Shown: positions 38,769 to 53,555, counted from the first letter of the stretch. The stretch is DNA of 64,000 bases from Felis catus (GCF_018350175.1 NC_058374.1:48608001-48672000), one strand, 5' to 3'. A program made the numbers and translations. Notes: generated by a model not told the origin, from the sequence alone.

Positions 38769-40934
38769 AGTAATTTTAGTTCTTTATTGGAATTTTTTTT
38801 TCTGAGAATACCTAAGTTTTTTCCTCGTGTAAACATTTTCTCATCTAAAGCTTTAAGTCCCATTTTCTTCTTTAAAGAGAAAACATATTTCCTTATACTT
38901 AAAAAAAGTCTGCAGCATGAGAAACTAAAAGGGAAAGAGATGGTGGGCATTTGATGGAGGGGGGAAGATGGCACTCAGTTTGTGTACTTTTTAGCCTGCG
39001 ATGCAGTCACTTCCACCAAGGTTCCCAGGTCACCTCCTCAGTCATGGCTACTTTGAAGTGGCACTTTTGCTAACCTGAGTCAGGAGCTCAGCTCCAAAGC
39101 CAAGGCTGTCATTGGAATCACCACTATAATTTTAAGTTAGGAATCTCTTCCTTGCTCCCTAACAATAAGACCTTCAGAACGTCCTGTGGCAAGGGCCATG
39201 GGGATTTTGACCATTTCCAGGGTTTAGAGGGTTTGCAAAAAGGATGAGGTTCATTACATGGAGTCTGCAGTTTCTCTCAGCTCCAACGCTGAAACCTTGT
39301 TTGTTTGCAATAGGTATCCATTAATAGCTGTCTTATTTTGAGGACATTCTTGAGCTGATCCATTTCTATCCTGACTTCAAAAATACGCATATATAAATGG
39401 GAGGAGGGAGACGTGGCTCTCACTTTGTTACTTTTTCTGAAACTGTGTGTATTCAGGTTTTCACCTGCTTTCTCTTGGTCTTAAGATTGTGTCCCAGGAT
39501 ATTACAAGAGCAGGGGGAGTCACGTGGAAATGAATGGGACAAGGGCCAAGAAAAGTCTTAGGCAGTCTTTCTGTGAAATGACTGGAAGAATGACTGGTGG
39601 CAGTTCTAGGGAAGTCCTCACCACATGTCAATGGGAACGACAGCTAGTGTCATCCCTTGACCTCAGAGATGGGCAGGGCATCAGTAAGAGTGGTTTTCAG
39701 ATGCTGGTGGCTCCTGTGAGGCTGGCCATCACTGACAGTGCCTCTCACAGATATTCCCCCACCACCCAGGACCGCTAATCTTCCCACATTGATGACTTCT
39801 TGGTGGCGGCTGCTTCCCAGCCTGTGGAGATACTGTGTGTGTGTCGGTGGGGAAGCCTCACTCCTTTCAAACCTATTACTCTTGTTTAATGTTTCTCTCA
39901 AATTCTTTGTTTTGGGTTCCTCTCATTTTCTATCAGTTCCTCCAGGTTTTGAAAAGCAGCATGGGGAAGACTCATTAGTTTCTACCTCTTATCTAGTTTC
40001 AGTCCTCAGGGGCCATGAGCCCAGTGTGAACTAACTGAATGAAGCATAAGTGGGGACAAAAATGTGAACTGCCATAAAGCAAAACAAAATGAAACACAGG
40101 TAATGTTTCATTTACTACGAGGCATTTACTACGAGAAAATAAAGAAAAGAAGGAAGGAAAGAGGAAGGAAGGAAAACAAGGAAGGAAAGTAGGAAGGGAG
40201 TCCTGTAATGCTTGTAATGCTTTTTTTTCTTCACGTTTTCTCACTTGCCAGTGTTTGGTACGTGTTGGCATCTCTGAAAGCATCTAGTTCAATGAATGTT
40301 TGTTGAATTTTACCAAATCAAGAGCTGGTTCATAGAGCATAAGTCAATTTGATTCTGATCATGACACAACTCAGGCCAAGAATCCTGGCTCCCCAGGCAA
40401 ATCAAACTCTACAGAAATTTTCTTTCACTGGCTTTATTATTTTTCAAAGTAATAGCAAACAGAGAAATTCACGACAATCAGGTAGGCATATTAGAACACT
40501 AAATTATAAAGATAAAAATAAAATAATAGATGAGGCCAGATAACTTTTTGTGTACACAAAAAGGAGAGAAGCATGTTTTATTTTAATAAAAATTACTATA
40601 GGAGGTAAATACTATGCAACTTTATAACACCAGCTCTTTTAACAATTCATGTGAATTTGTGCACAGTCAAGTGTCCATTTTATCTTCAAAGGTATCCCGG
40701 AAGAAAAAAAAGAGCAGAAATTACAGTGAAATTTTTGAAAGTGATGTCCTAAAATTTCATGAACTTAGACTTTGAATTGATTTAAATCAACGGTGCACTT
40801 CACGGTTTTCTTGCACAAAAACTGTGGACCATAGAGAGAGATCAAGGGAACGTAAACTATGGACATTCATCCTTAACCTACAAATCTACATAATTCAAGG
40901 GAATAACTTCTATCTCTGGAGATTTGTTCTATAA

Positions 40935-41105
40935 AGCAGCGGCAGGATCGTAATCCCATAAGTCACAAGCCTGGAGGGCTTCTTAAACATAGGTTCTAAG
41001 TTTCTGATTCCATGGATTGGGATCAGGCCCTAGAGCTCACATTTCTAACAAATTCTTAAGGGACACTGATGCCGCAGGTGCTGGAGGCATGTGTTAAGAG
41101 TCACC
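40935..41105 (+). mobile_element. MER5A-like hAT DNA transposon
   Basis: catttctaacaaattcttaagggacactgatgccgcaggt. Confidence 0.65.
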
Positions 41106-42924
41106 TATTTAGAATGTCTTATTCAGAAAACTGATTTCTCATGGAGATCCAATGCATTAGACTGCCTTTTTAGCTTGACTGGGTGACTCTTTCCTTTCTG
41201 GTCCACATTACAGCTTCACTCTACCAGACCTACTTCCTGACCCTTACGTACACTGGTCATTCCTATATCCTCCGACTCTCTCCTGCTCAGGTGTCTCATT
41301 TCTACCCATCTGAACCCCTTTCTCAAGCCTCATCTCTGATAGAAAGCTGTATCCAACCATAGGTCAGAAGGATCTCATTTTTCTCTAAACTTCAAGTGCT
41401 TATTTGTATGCACGATGACACTAAGCACTTGACACATACCTACACTTACTATCTTCTTCCTCTAACCCCTTGCTCCACTCCCAGTGTTCCAAGACCTCGT
41501 TCAAATCCTGCCTCCTCCCTGAAGCCTTCCTGGCATCTCTTCTTGCCTCAGTTTGAAGGAGTCTCTCTTTTGAACTATCATGAACAGAAGGCTTGATTTC
41601 CCCCTTTCTTTTGCTATTTCCTCTGTGACTCTATGTTCTTTTTTTAATTTCTCCCAAGAGATTGTAAACTCATGGAAGATCTGGCCTACGATATTCAACT
41701 TTTAATCCCCAAAGTGTTTTGTACATAGTATGGTTCAATAAGTGCATTTATGTGGCACAGAAAAAAAAATTACATATGCAAGATGTTGGCAGGCTTTTCT
41801 ATTGCTTCACTGAGGCTCACAGCAAAGCTTCTTCCCAGAGTCAGGCCTGCGGGACTCTACTCAGTAGCCACTAACCTGCCAAGGTCCCTGGGCAATAAAT
41901 CAGGAATATTGTGTTTATGGAAATTTTATCCTTGCTTTATTAGGTATAGAGACCAATGTAAGCTAGGTGACAGAGATGCGCTTGGCCCTATTCTCAAAAT
42001 TCCGTGTAAAGTATTAGATGCCTGAATTCTCTACCAGGTGATTTTAGGCTAATTCTTCACTGAGTCTCTTCTCTCATGGCACGGTCCTTTTAGAAAGTTC
42101 TCCTGGGGTCAGTTAAGCTGATTTTACTTTCGTTGTTTCTTACTCAAATCTCAGAGGGGCTAAGTAGCATAGACTTTCAAAATTCAAAGGTATAGAGCTA
42201 GCCCTCACTTTCACTCCATTTAGCCCAATACTAAGGTCTTTGGAAATCCGCTAAAACAACCCCATTGCCCCACTCATATTGTATTCTACTGAGGTGAGTT
42301 GGAGAACATTCCCAGCTGTGAAGTTCGTTGATTTATACTCCCTTTCACTTAATTATTGTCACATAGTGGCGACTCAGTGTATCTTTGATATGTGCTTGGT
42401 TATCAGACTTTTTTTCTCCTACATCTTCTCCTTTATCTCCACACACATCTACGTACATTCCTAATAAATGTACTTACATTTTTGATGCTGACTTAAAATC
42501 CAATTTGCCGTAAAGTTCTTTCTAAATTAATATATGAATTTAAATTCTCACTTCTGTAGTGTTTTAGAAACACGTGCAGCACCTACTACTGGCAGTGAAT
42601 GAATGAGATTTCACTAACATCTTGTATTAACTTTCCCTTTTATTTCTCAAGTTTTCATATTTCCTCCTATCTAAGACTACACTGGTTTGGTCCTGAATGC
42701 TGATAAAAATCTCACACTTTAGTTATGCCTCTGGGCTTCAAAGCTTTTCCATCTGATGAAGAATTTGGTCTCTGCTTTCGAACTCAAGCTTCTCTGGTTT
42801 GTTCCTACTTAGGATTGCTAAAAAAAATAATGGAGAATCCTTGTATTCATGATTCCTTTAATTGCTTAAGGTAGGATATTCAATTCATATTATTTATGCA
42901 AATATACTATTTATTGATTTCTGT

Positions 42925-43290
42925 AATAAAAAAAGCCCAGGAGTCCAGTTTCAGGCACAATTGGATCTAGGGGCTCATTTACTCTCATCAAAATGGTTTC
43001 TTTTCATTCCTCAATTCTTCCTTCATTGTGTTCGCTCCATTCTCAAGGAGATAGAGTCTCCCCTGCTGGTGGCAAGATAGCTGCTTAGTAGCTCCAGGCT
43101 CCTACTCACTCTGCTTTCATTAATCTTCACTCAAAAAAAAAAAAAAAAAAAAAAAGGCTCCCACCCCACTCCCAATCCTGATGCCAAAAAATTACCATGA
43201 TTGTATCTCACTGGCTCTGGCTGGGTCCTTTTCTATTTCAGTATGAATCTCTGTGTCCACGGAGAAGAAATATACGGAGTTACAGGTCCA
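42925..43290. mobile_element. Old ERVL-MaLR (MLT1-like) LTR fragment in the ART4 3' UTR
   Basis: tttcaggcacaattggatctaggggctca; ggtggcaagatagctgc; tctcactggctctggctgggtc. Confidence 0.5.
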
Positions 43291-43421
43291 CTCACAGGCA
43301 GTGGGCTGGGCCAGCTCCGTGTCAGTTGGTGACTGGACAGAGTGATTCCCCAAGGGTATTCAGGGTGCCCTGGCTGGCGTCAAGCAAAAGGGCACAGAGA
43401 AAGCAAAACCACAAGGTTCCT

Positions 43422-43513
43422 TTATACTCTACTTTTGGAAGAGATGACGACACTGGTCAAGAAGGAGAGAGAAGCAATAACCATGGGAGCTGGGTTGTAC
43501 TTTTTGCTGGAAG
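43422..43513 (-). CDS. ART4: ART4 exon 3 (GPI-anchor signal)
   Basis: tttttacag|CT; (A)SSKKYNPAPMVIASLSFLTSVVISSKSRV*; 92 nt. Confidence 0.92.
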
Positions 43514-44130
43514 CTGTAAAAACAAACACAAAGTTAGAGATGTTTTAGGTGGCAAGAGAATTTTTTTTAAATGACCTCATTTCTCCTTTGATTCACTTTT
43601 TTTTAAAGTTAGAAAATTCCTAATAAAAGTATTTTAAGTTGGCTACTTAAAAAAAATATTCTTTTAGATATTTTCTAACAGAACTCAGCTTGTTTATTTT
43701 GCAGATGATGAAACAGGCACCAAGAAGTTCAGATATTTACTGCAGGTTACCCAGCTAGTAGGTATTTGAGATCTCCTGATTTGCCACCTTTATTATCATC
43801 AGCAGCACTCCCCCCATCACCCTTACCCCCATCTAATTACCATCAGCTTCATCATCATTATGAAAGCTAACATTGATTAAACAACTCATTCTGTGCTATG
43901 ATCTATTTTAAGCACTTGCTATAGATGAACTCATTTAATCCTCACAGGAAATCTATGCAGTGTTTATTCTTCATTATCCCCATTTTTCAGTTGGTAAAAT
44001 GGTGACACAAAATGTGGAGAAATTTACCAAACATCACACATCTTTTTAACCACTATATTGTTTCTCCATACTTTGCATGTCCATTTTTTAATGACAAAGT
44101 GGGCCAAGGGTATTCACACAATCTTGCTTG

Positions 44131-44152
44131 GTGTGTGGTGGTGGTGGTGGTG

Positions 44153-44180
<28 letters not shown>
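44131..44180 (+). repeat. (GTG)n/(GT)n microsatellite
   Basis: Read directly. Confidence 0.95.
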
Positions 44181-44183
<3 letters not shown>

Positions 44184-47100
44184 GCCTACACATGCATGCT
44201 CTTCACAGGAAGTATGGGGAAGGTTAGCAGGCAGTTAGATGTGGCTCATGGAAGCAAGACTGGAATACAAGAAACTATGTCAGGTATCACTACTAATTGG
44301 GAATTTAATGGGATGAGGATATAGAATGAGTTGGAAGATGGAAACCTTTAAAAAAGGCTCTAGATAAAGAGTGGAATCGCCTTTTTAACCAACCTTCACT
44401 GATTATTTAGAATAGAAAAGATGTTTAGGGTAGGAAGACTTTCAGCTCTGTGATTGCCTATTTAAACATCTCATTTGATAGGACAACCTGATGATGGATA
44501 AATATTTTTCCACTACTTTCACATAATAATGCGTAAAATCCTTTGAGTTTCCTGGAATTTCTCGGAATTCTATATATGCAAACGATATTTAAAACCCCAG
44601 TTTTCACCAATAAGAGTAGACACGGAGAGTTAATAGTGGGTACAGATTTCTAAGCTTTTGCCAAACTTTGTGTAAAACTATATTATCTGAACTCTCACAG
44701 GGACCTTGGAACCATTAATACCACTGTCTCAGGTTATTCATTATTCACTTCTTGTTTTGTTTTCTCTTCATTCAGGCTGAGGTCCCAAGGACCTCTGACC
44801 CTGCCTTTCCTCACTTTTTAACGGGATGAGATTCTACTGGAGAATTATCAGAAAATATTGATTGACAGCAAACCAATATAGCAGGTAGAAACTATGGTTA
44901 TTGGAAGGAATTAGCTTTGGTCTTGAAGCTTTGCCCCTAGCCTACCTTTACCATGCTAGTCACTTTCACTGGGCCCCAGTTTTCTCATCTGTAAAATGAG
45001 AGCACCTCGAGGTGTTTGGAAATACTCGGATCACTGTCATTCCACTTCGTTTCACAGCTATTACAATGAGGCTCAAAGAAGTGACAGACATACAGATATT
45101 ACTATTTTGAATCATACTCATCCTTCAAACCACCTATTAAGCCCCTTTCATAATAACCAGGATATTAAAAAAGCTTACTTTAATTTTATTTTCTCAGCTA
45201 AAGTAACTTTTCTTTCCTCTTTTGTTCCTTTTTTCTCTACCTTTCTTACAGTCATTAAATTTCTACCTCACACTTTATTATTTTTTTGCACAGGCAATAT
45301 CTTTGTTTAGGAGAATAAATGAAAAACATCTGTGAATTAAATTCAATGCAATCTACAAAATCTTTCATTTAAGGATAACTCACATTAAATTGACTTTTGT
45401 ATTTGTTTTTACTTTTCTTCTAGACTATCTATTTAATACTTTGTGTTCCCTCTGTCCCTAGTAGAGTATTTTTCAAATTGGAGTTTGTGATGCATTGATG
45501 CCTTGTCATGACCATCACTCTTTAATAATGTCATAAAATGGGTTAGAATAAAAAACACTCTAGTTAAACGGCATGCAAAATGGTAACTAATTGTCGTGTG
45601 TGTGTGTGTGTGTTTGTAATTTATGTGTATGCAAAGTGAGTTATAATCTAGTCACAGTCACAGAGGATTAAGACTAATGGTAGGTTCTTAGTAATATTTT
45701 TGAACAGCAAATAAATCTCCTGAAAATACTCTATAGAGAAAACTGTCATGGGCTTTTTGTCATAAAGCATGGGAAAAAGTTGTACTTTTGTCATTTGTAA
45801 GCTGCATGATCTCACATAAGCCATTTAACCTCACTAAACCTCAGTATTTACATCAGTACAGTGGGGTCAGTAACCCAATGTACAGGGTGGTGGTAAGAAT
45901 TAAACAGATAATGTGTGTGAAAACCTTTTGTAAATGAAATTGCTACATAAATATCATTTTACTAGTGACTTATAACCTCAATTTGGTCATCTATACCTTA
46001 GGGTATACAGCCTGGGGAGAACATATGATTATTATACCTTTTATTTAATGAATTCTGAATCTGCGAATTATACCAGATTGTTCAGAAAGAGTCAATCCCT
46101 TGAAAAAAACAGAAAAAGCTAAAACTGACATACAGCGTATCTAGGTAATCTGGTATTTGGAGCCGAATGCTATCTATAGCTCGTTTCTGTCAAAATGCAG
46201 AGATTAATGAGTGTCATTATTTTAGAGAGTTATCTAGGAAAAAGTTGGCACTCAAACAATGGCAAGCATTGTTTCTTCCACCTCTTCTTTTGTTTTATTT
46301 TTAACTCTCAATGTCACTGAAGCACGCATTTGTGCCATTAAACTATTATTCCACTTCCATGTGCAAAGTACTTTGCAGAGTTTTTCAATTGTGTTTGAGA
46401 GAGTGGATACCAAGTACTACCACAACATTCCCTCTTGCCCCATTTTATGAATAAAGAAACAGGCTTATAGGCTGTCATTTGCACAAGGCCACGTAGCTAT
46501 TAACATATGTCCAGCCCATCCTGGCTCCAAAGTCTCTTCTCTTCCCACCATGCTGTGGTGGTTTCCACCATCCTAGATTCATTCAGTTACTCATTCTTTC
46601 ATGCATTCGGGTGAGATAGACACTATCTTTCAAGAGTAATGTGATATCACAAATAGGGAAAACTTGTTTGAGATAAAGCCCAGAGTCAGAGAACACAGGA
46701 AACAGGAAGTTAATAAAATAAATAATATGTAACAGTAATAGTAGCTGTAAGTTTGGAGTACTTACTAGCATCAGGTATTGTTCTAAGAGCTTTTACATGC
46801 ATAAGTCATTTTATACTCACTAGAATCTTATAAGGTAGGTTTTTATTAAAATTTCCCCCTGTGTTACATATAAAGAAATGGAAGCATGGAAGAACTAAGC
46901 CATTTGTCCATGTCCTTACTGCTAGTAACTGGCAAAGTTAACATGTAAAACCAGGCTTGCTACAAACAATTGACTGTATTTTTTTCTAGAAACATGCTTA
47001 AGAATTTTGATTATGTGAAACATTTTAACAAATAAATCCTTCCTTGTGAATCCAACGATATAGAACAGAGCATGTATTTGTGTGTGTACAGATTTTTGGC

Positions 47101-50079
47101 ACGGATTATTTTCTTGAACAAAGCAACATTTAAGGACAAATAACTGACATAACATATTTCGAATGTTTCAGTGAGCATGAAAACATCTGTTTCTATGGTA
47201 ACCAGTATAGGTCATATGAGGGGTGAGAGAAGAATTAGAAGGGAGAGCTGTTAGTTTAGAATGTCTTAAATGATTTGTCTTTTTCAAATTGACTCACTTA
47301 AATATATTATGCTACCAATTTGACCTGTTGACTCTCTGAAGGCAACAGATTCCTGGGTGCTCTTTGAACTTGGGAATTGTAGTTACAAGTTAACAGAACC
47401 AATTTTGAAATAAATTGAAGGACTGAAGAAGCTATGCTCTCTAATCTACTGTCTTTTCATTGGGAGAATTATGGTGTCCTGGCTGACCAATTTTAAAGGT
47501 CTTCGTGTTGTCTTTCAAATATGTTGTCTGTCAGATTAAGAGGGAACAGGAGAGGAAACAAGTCACTGGCTGAGAGGGAATTGTTGAGACATAAGATAGT
47601 TTGTGGCTTCTGCTCAGGAAAAAAATTGAAGGGATAAGAAACAGTTGAGAGGACTCCGGTTTCATGAGGAATTAGATATCAGTAGAATACCATCTGTGCA
47701 GCCCTAGACTGAGGTTGATGGTGAACAATATCAGTTACCTAGAAAAACAGGTCTGGAGAGAGTCCACTGATTTTACTCCCTTCCAGTGAAGGACTCCCAG
47801 AAAAGAAAAACACACGGCCACCTTCCTCCTTCCTTTGTTCATGTATGGATCAATCCAATACTGCTCCAAGATATTGGGATAAGTGGAGTGTTACTTGTTA
47901 GTTAACAGAAATGACTTCAGGAAATTTCAGAAATAGCTTACTCATTGAGAAAACAAATACCACTGCAGTGAATGGCTGCAAGCATTGTAAAATTAATCAA
48001 ACTTTTTTTGTAGTGAGTAGAGATAGGTGGATATTGGTTGTGTTTGTCTCAAGATTAGTCTTTTTGTCCTCAACTAAAGTGTCTATGCTAACCACCAGCC
48101 AATGGCAGCCTTGAGGCTTCCCTCAGTTGGCTTCCCTAAGGGGTTTAGGGAAGGCAGAACCAGAGGATGGAGGAGCCTTCTCTGCAACTTTCAGCCAGAA
48201 CCAAAGGAGTCAAAGGAAGAATGGCATCACAGCAGCTTGGGCTTGTTCCTCTCCCTCTTTCAATCTCCCAAATAGTTTTGTAGTTGTGCTGGCTGGGAAG
48301 ACACTCCAACTCCAGCTCTTGGCCTACCATGTAATGCCTCTGACCAAAACATCACCTTCTATGACCAGTGGTAGTTTCATTCCACCATTTACAATTTCTT
48401 CCCAAGACTGCACAGTTGGGGAATTTCTAGGAAAGATTTAGGTATAATAACTCACATTGCAAGTGCCCACATTCCAGATCATTTATATTGTGGCTACAGC
48501 TCCTTAGTTTTTGACTAGGGGTTGAGCTTTCTAGAATATTTTCTTATTCTAGTAAGTATTGAAACTGTTTTTAGTCAATTGTGTTATCTGGTCATCTGAC
48601 CCAAGGCCCAGGTCATGTAGAGGCATTGAAAGAGAATGCCTCATTTATTCACTTACTTATTCAACAAATACAGATTAAGTACCTCTATGTTCCAGGAAAC
48701 TAAAATTAATATTGGTTAAGGCTTATTTACCATATACTATATGCTAGGGAATGTAGAAATTCTTTAGTGTTTTATTTTATTTTCCCAAGAGCCCTGTGGG
48801 GCTCTGTTATGATGCTCCTTACATAGCTGAAGAAACATAGGGAGTTTAAGCAACTGGATTGAGAACACAGCTAAAACGTAGTACCAGTTGGACAGGAATT
48901 TAGACAGAGTGGATCTGGGGTCCACGTGCCTGGATTCCATGCCAAGCTCTTAAATACAATGTAGTCATATCCTGGCTCACAAAAAGCTTACAGAGCAGTA
49001 CAAGATTATTGATTCCCTTAAGTATGATTTGTGATTCCAAAGATCCAGTCAAGACCAACCAAGTTTCCAGAATCTAGTGATATGCATGGCTACTCCAGCT
49101 AAGCCTTAACTCAAAGTTGTGCTTGAGTTGTTTCCTGACGGGAAAGCAAGGGTCATTAATTTGGTGTGGAGGGTCTTGAAACACCTTTTCTTTGAGACTT
49201 ACAGAGAAGAGAGTATGGATAATTGTTTGTATTATATTCTCCTTTTTCTCAGTTTCCTGAAAGCTACAAACATCATGAAATTAATACATTTTTTTGGTAA
49301 TAAGTAGAGATAGGTGGATATTGGTTGTGTCAATGCCCTACAACTTTTTACTTAATATATTTTATTGTGCTCATCAACCTAGTAGAAAAATTTTTCTGTC
49401 TCAACTTCATCATGATGAGGATGAAGCAACCATGTCATAGTCAAGTATAGTTCCAAAGAATCCTGGAAACTGGCTATGAATGTTCTCATTTATTATCAAA
49501 ATCTCACTGTTTTCTTCATACTCTAGTGTTTCATATTCTCCTCTGCAAACACTAATCTCTTGGTTCTGTGGAACAGATACTCATTTCACGCATAGTAGTG
49601 CCTATCACACTTCCAAGGAGAGGCAGGAGGAGATAAAAGTATTGATACGTCACCTCTCCCCTGGTCTGTGTTTGCAGATAGCACCAGAGTGAGCAGGCCC
49701 AAGACTTCAGCCTGGATGATAGTTTCAAGATCTTTGTAACACTGTAGCCCCCAAATTTTGAGAAACGCTGACAGCCTGAATTACTAACAGTACCGATAGT
49801 GATGGAGTGGAGAAAGATTCAGGGATATTTCAAAGGTAGACACTGCAGTTGTGTGAGTGGGAATGAGTGCACAGGTGGATAAGGACGGTCTTCCTTCTGA
49901 ATCAAACAGGGCACAGCACTTGCTACAGAAGTACCCTTTTGTGCAGTGACTGTGGCTGGCAACATACAGGGATGGAAAGGAGTCAGCCATGTATTTTTCT
50001 AAAAAAGGCCTTAACATATATTTTTGTTTCATGATGTCTCCAATTCCTCCTGCTTCAGTTCATTTTTTTTCATGGTATC

Positions 50080-50690
50080 ATCAGAGCTCTTGCTCAAATA
50101 CTGCTCTAATCGATGTTCCATTCCTTAAAAACTTCCAATGACTTCCCATTATCTATAGCATGAAATTTGAAAAGTCCTCAGCATAGAATACAAGAGTTTT
50201 AATGGTCTAGCTCATCTGAATCTTCCCACTCCAATCAATCCCATATTCCCTTTCTACTCTTCCTATGTCCTACACCTCCTACATTCCAATCATCCAGAAT
50301 CGTGGAGATTCCCTAAAGACACCAGCTATTTGAAATCTGTGATTCAGCATATGCTGTTTTCTGCTTGCAATGGCTTTTCCTCTCTTCTTTCACTGAAAGC
50401 CCCCATTCCTACTTCAAGTCCCATGTGGTTCTCTATTCTGAAGCCTTTCTTACTTTCTCCAGAGACAATGAACAGCTTCCTGCATAGGGAAGCCACAGCC
50501 GTTGCTTAAACATCTGGTGTGTTGCTTAGTGCTTTTGAGTGTGGACAGTTGTTCATATTTCCATTTCTCATTAGCCTAAAAATCTCCCTAGGATAATGAT
50601 CTTGCTTTATTCATTTCACATTGCCTGGGGTCTCCCATCCCAGTTCCTGGAACATAGAAGATAGTTAATAGATAAGAGTGAATGAATAAA
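50080..50690 (+). mobile_element. Ancient L2 fragment
   Basis: cttaaaaacttccaatgacttcccatt ... cagttcctggaacatag ... gtgaatgaat tail. Confidence 0.55.
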
Positions 50691-51069
50691 TCATGCTTCC
50701 TGCTTTACTTTCAGCACTCCTTATTCCTGTAATGGCCATGACAAAAAAAAAATGAGTTAGAGGGAGAAGGTAAAAATATTATATTTTATGTGCTATTTTT
50801 TTCAGTAGAGGTTTACTCTCTATGTCTAGAATGCCCCACTGCAGAAATACATTTTTTTTTCTAGAGGTAGTTTAGCAGAAAGAAGAGAAGGGAAACCAAG
50901 AAAGAAGGCAGGTTATCTCTAATCTGTCAGTTCCACCATCCCTGAAGGCCAGTTTCCATGGTTTTGGCCTTTCCCTCAACAAACTTACCCAGAAAAATAA
51001 CTTTTGTAAAAGAACAGTGGTCTGTGATCCTGATTAGAGTGGATTCAATTTAGATCAATAATATAATAC

Positions 51070-51778
51070 CTTTTAGTAGCTGACAGTTATATGTGCTCTG
51101 GTTCCCAGCTGACTGCAATTGCAACCAATTTCCTCTTGGGTTGTAGCTCATATTTACAACTTTGAACAACTCATAGGGAGGGACCAAGACCTCCTTCTTG
51201 ACAGAAACTTCTTCTACAGGTGCACCCAGACAGGTGAATATGGTAAATAGAGTTTGGTTTTCAGACTTCTGTGTGTCTTCTTTTCGGAGGGAGGTGGAGA
51301 GGAATTGGCCAAATCGGATGGTGGCACCTCTGTAGGCTTCCAAATTGATACCCTTCATCTCATGATGCACCTCATAACACAATGAGTTATTCTTCCCGAC
51401 TATCTCTTTCCTTAGCAGCTGGATTGCTGAGGTCAGGTAGTAGTGTAGGTATTTGAAATGGAATGAATGTTTATACTGCCGTGGAGTCCTAGTAGCACTG
51501 GCCATGGCTCTGATGAAGTCTGTGCGAATGCTATTGTTTGATGTATAAACTGAGATGGCCACAGCATGCGTAATATTAATGTTCTTGGGGAGATCTTTTG
51601 CTTGGTTCAACCAGGTTAAATAGGCATTACTCCAGACCCTGTAGTAATTTCTATGTGTTTCTATTTCTTTTGTGAAATAATCCCCTTGACTTAGCTTCTC
51701 CATGACCTGCTGGCTGCATCCTTGGTACTGATCATCAAAGGAATTTGGTGCCAAGTCAAAGTTGATGTTAATGGCAAC
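51070..51778 (-). CDS. ART4: ART4 exon 2, ecto-ADP-ribosyltransferase 4 (Dombrock glycoprotein, CD297) ART-fold domain
   Basis: tag|GTT ... G|gtatta; 709 nt; SFDDQYQGC, FHFKYLHYYLTSAIQLL, RFGQFLSTSL, TLFTIFTCLGAP, KKEVLVPPYELF. Confidence 0.96.
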
Positions 51779-53555
51779 CTATAAGAAAAGAAAAATATTG
51801 ATTTTAACCATTCATATCAGATGGTAGGTGTGGTGGCTGACTTGCTATACTCCATAAAGCCAAGTCTTTGCTTCAAAACTTATTTGCTGAAGTAAGTTTC
51901 ACTCATATTCATTACACACTGCCCCCGTATGCCCTGCATCAGTGACCTGTGTTAGAGATTGGATTTGGGTTGATAAATATTAGTAAAAGCTCAAAAAACC
52001 CTCATCTCCTCAGGGAGGAAGTGACCCTTCTTGTGTAACCAAAAACAGTATTTTTGCACAGGGAGTACTTTGAAGAAAAAAATTGTAATCTTAAAGTTTA
52101 TGTATACCTTCTGTTTCCCCTGTTGATTCCCTCCACATTCTCTCATGGGTGTTAAGAAATATCTCTGTAGGTGAATACTTAAAACCTATATTAAGTCTTT
52201 GAACTTTATTTAAGAAAAACCTTCAGTGATGAGTAATGTTGGGTTCTCCCAAGGGGGCCCCAGTATATAACAGCCCTCTTTTCTGACCAATTGAAAAAAT
52301 TGAGGGGGGTGGGAAAGCATATATGAAGGTTAAATTAACATCTTTACTACTGAACTGTTGGGGTACACATCTTTAGGTCTGATGGAAAGTAGATTTGCTA
52401 AGAGTAAACCTCAGAATGAGGCAGACCTGCCTACTTAGCTGTAGACAGTGTTGGACTGTGGTCCTGCCCAAAGTAAGATTCTGGTCATGGAGGTACACGG
52501 AGCTCATGCCCTTTGCCATCAGGCTAACTCCCAGGAAGAAGAGCAGACTCAAACTCAGAATACCCAGTTATTAATCCTAATGTTACCAATCAAGTAAATT
52601 TGCCCAGCTCCAGAGGAGAAGTACAGTGGTCAGGAGTGTGCCGAAGATAGTTCCTCCTCTTAGGAGACAGGAGTGGGAAAAACATTTTCTCATTGGTAGT
52701 CCATAGAATGTTACTTATTAATATCTAGTCCATATTAAACTGAGGTTAGAGATTTGAATACAAATTCATTAAGCATCATCAGTCCATATTTTTTAGAGCC
52801 CTATTTTCAATTATCCAAATTCCAAGATGTTTTCTTCTTGGCAAAGAAACTGTGCTTTTCTAATAGACAGTACTCATTATATTAGGAGATAGGATTCCAT
52901 CCAGTCAATGTCAAAGATGTTGCAGCTAACACTCAAAAACATACATTTGGTGTTTTTACTGTTATTTATGATGAAAAGATGTTTAGTTGTATGTAAAATG
53001 GAAAAGACTTTTAAGACTGCTTAATGATTTTAACCAATAGCTCTTTACGGAAGGTTTACAAATAGTTCTACAGAATCTATTTACGCCAAAAGAAGCCAAA
53101 ATCAATAATATCATGTTCTGTTCAATCCTGTAAGCTCTAAAAACTTTACTATATTACTCGATCTCAAATATGTACTTTGTTATCTCTTAACAGTAGGTTA
53201 TTTTTCCTTATGCAGAACTTTATAATACTTCTTGTGACTTGATCCATATGACACAGTCTAAAGTCAAATAGGCTATTTTGCACCACTTGTCCTACAGAAG
53301 CAGTGTTTCACTTAAGTTTTATGGAGAATCAAGAAAAGAATACTATGCCCCTAGCTTCCATAATGCCAAATTTATAAACTCTAAAGAATTCCACAATTGT
53401 TGATCATTGTTTTCAACCCCCTTCACTAAGCATTATTTGTTAAAATGTCTGAAAGAAATTAGAACCAAGTGCCTAAAGGTCATTTAAAGGTTGTCACCAG
53501 GAAAGTGCCCCACTGGGGCACTCACCGTAAAGAAATCTCTTCAATTGTGCCCTAC

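Noticed and set aside
39390-39397. TATATAAA box suggesting an unannotated plus-strand gene
   Set aside because: No CpG island, exon chain or credible ORF downstream
51050-51069. ART4 ORF ending in LLKGIILLI* as a distinct C-terminus
   Set aside because: Read-through of the exon 2 donor; the GPI-signal exon is intact at 43422-43513
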